From: Vicugna vicugna | Taxonomy: Eukaryota | Direction of reading: 5' to 3' | DNA length: 64,000 nt | Assembly (NCBI GenBank): GCA_013265495.1 | Contig: MU061326.1 | Coordinates: 3,596,001-3,660,000, forward strand | In this document: positions 63,114 to 64,000 of the stretch, one piece after another | How positions within the stretch are numbered: the stretch's first letter is position 1 | Layout: each line of letters opens with the position of its first letter | The notes under the pieces: model-generated | Databases searched by the model: none | Told to the model about the DNA's origin: nothing | What the model saw: only the letters and a program-made list of their open reading frames with translations | Made by a program: the position numbers and the translations under genes

Positions 63114-64000
63114 GGCAGGATTGATGGAATCATGAGTTCTGTGGTTGAACTCAATCTTTAGTGCCCCTACTCTCCCCAGATGTCACATTGATATCATGTG
63201 ACTCAAAGTCCCAACCCTCTAATCACATGGTTGGTCTTTCTGGTGTGGCCAGCCTTCACCCTGAATCATGGTGTTAGTGTAACTTATCTGGGGGGGCCAC
63301 TGTCAGTCACCTCGTTAGCATAAACTATTAAGGCCTACCACAAATAACAAAGACATTGCTATCACTTGAGAAGTTTCAAAGATTTAGAGTTTTCCTCCCA
63401 TAAGCTGGAGACAAAGGCTAGCCATATTCTTTATTCCATAGAAATCCCTAGTCATTTTTTGGCTGAGCAGGCAAATGAGGGAGTTTGTTGAGGTGCAAGT
63501 GACAAGGTATGGTCCCAGACAATCAGACATTAGCATTAGGGCAGCAGCCAACCCCTTCATCCCCCCAGGCTTTGCCCCAGCACCAAGGGAAGAGAGACAC
63601 CAGCCTCTTAGGCACTTTCCATGATGGCGCCCATTGGCTCTCAACATGGGCAGAGCTGGACCAGAAATTCACAAGCCTCACTGTGCATAATCAGATGTGG
63701 CTGGTGTCACAGAAGGAAGCCATGAGAAATGCATGCTCATATCAGAACCTCCGACCCTAGAGAGACGTGTGGGTACAGCATTTGGTATGCACCTATGCAA
63801 GACACTGTGTGCTTGCTGAATGCCTTAAAGGATCTTTTTCCTAAGGCCTGGAAGCGCTTGGAGCACTGTTCATAGGTCCCTTATCAAATAGTGCAGTTAG
63901 CAGTTAATGACCTGGGCTTTAAGGCTAAGAGAGTTTGGACAGACAGTTGCCAAGGGTCCCTTTTCATGTGCCCTAGAGGAGTGTAATGGTACCTGGTGCC

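Larger units (their letters stand above)
62089..63440 (-). mobile_element. MER21-like ERV LTR, interrupted by an L1 and a gap
   Basis: tgttctgacgccaac...ataggttaagg...actgaccaactggg...aaaggatacaaatcag. Resumes after the gap at aaagtcccaaccctctaatcacatggttggtc...cacctcgttagcataaac. Confidence 0.8.

Noticed and set aside
1-64000. CRISPR arrays, operons or prokaryotic defence systems
   Set aside because: The sequence is clearly mammalian, with no regularly spaced repeats and no dense coding.

Overview
Mammalian genomic DNA, most likely camelid (Vicugna/Camelus). The basis is two tRNA-Ala-derived SINEs with the AATAAACCTAATTACCT-type tail and young L1 3' ends of the camelid type. I recognise no host protein-coding exon, true tRNA, rRNA or CRISPR array; the window is intronic or intergenic and dominated by transposons. 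The main feature is a decayed, env-less class I (ERV1) provirus on the minus strand (42870-50965). It retains both LTRs, a tRNA-Leu-like PBS, a PPT and recognisable gag/pro/pol remnants, and carries three nested insertions. There are also many solo ERV1/MaLR/ERVL LTRs (strongly minus-biased), hAT and Tc1-mariner fossils (MER20, MER5A, MER63, MER8, Charlie1-like), MIR/L2/L1 fragments and three N gaps. The best non-repeat signals are a near-palindromic CTCF-like site at 38132-38152, a CpG-retaining patch near 28.7 kb and a few plus-strand candidate exons. Repeat family names come from recalled consensus sequences, not a search, so subfamily labels are tentative. I found no convincing evidence of a wholly new biological system.
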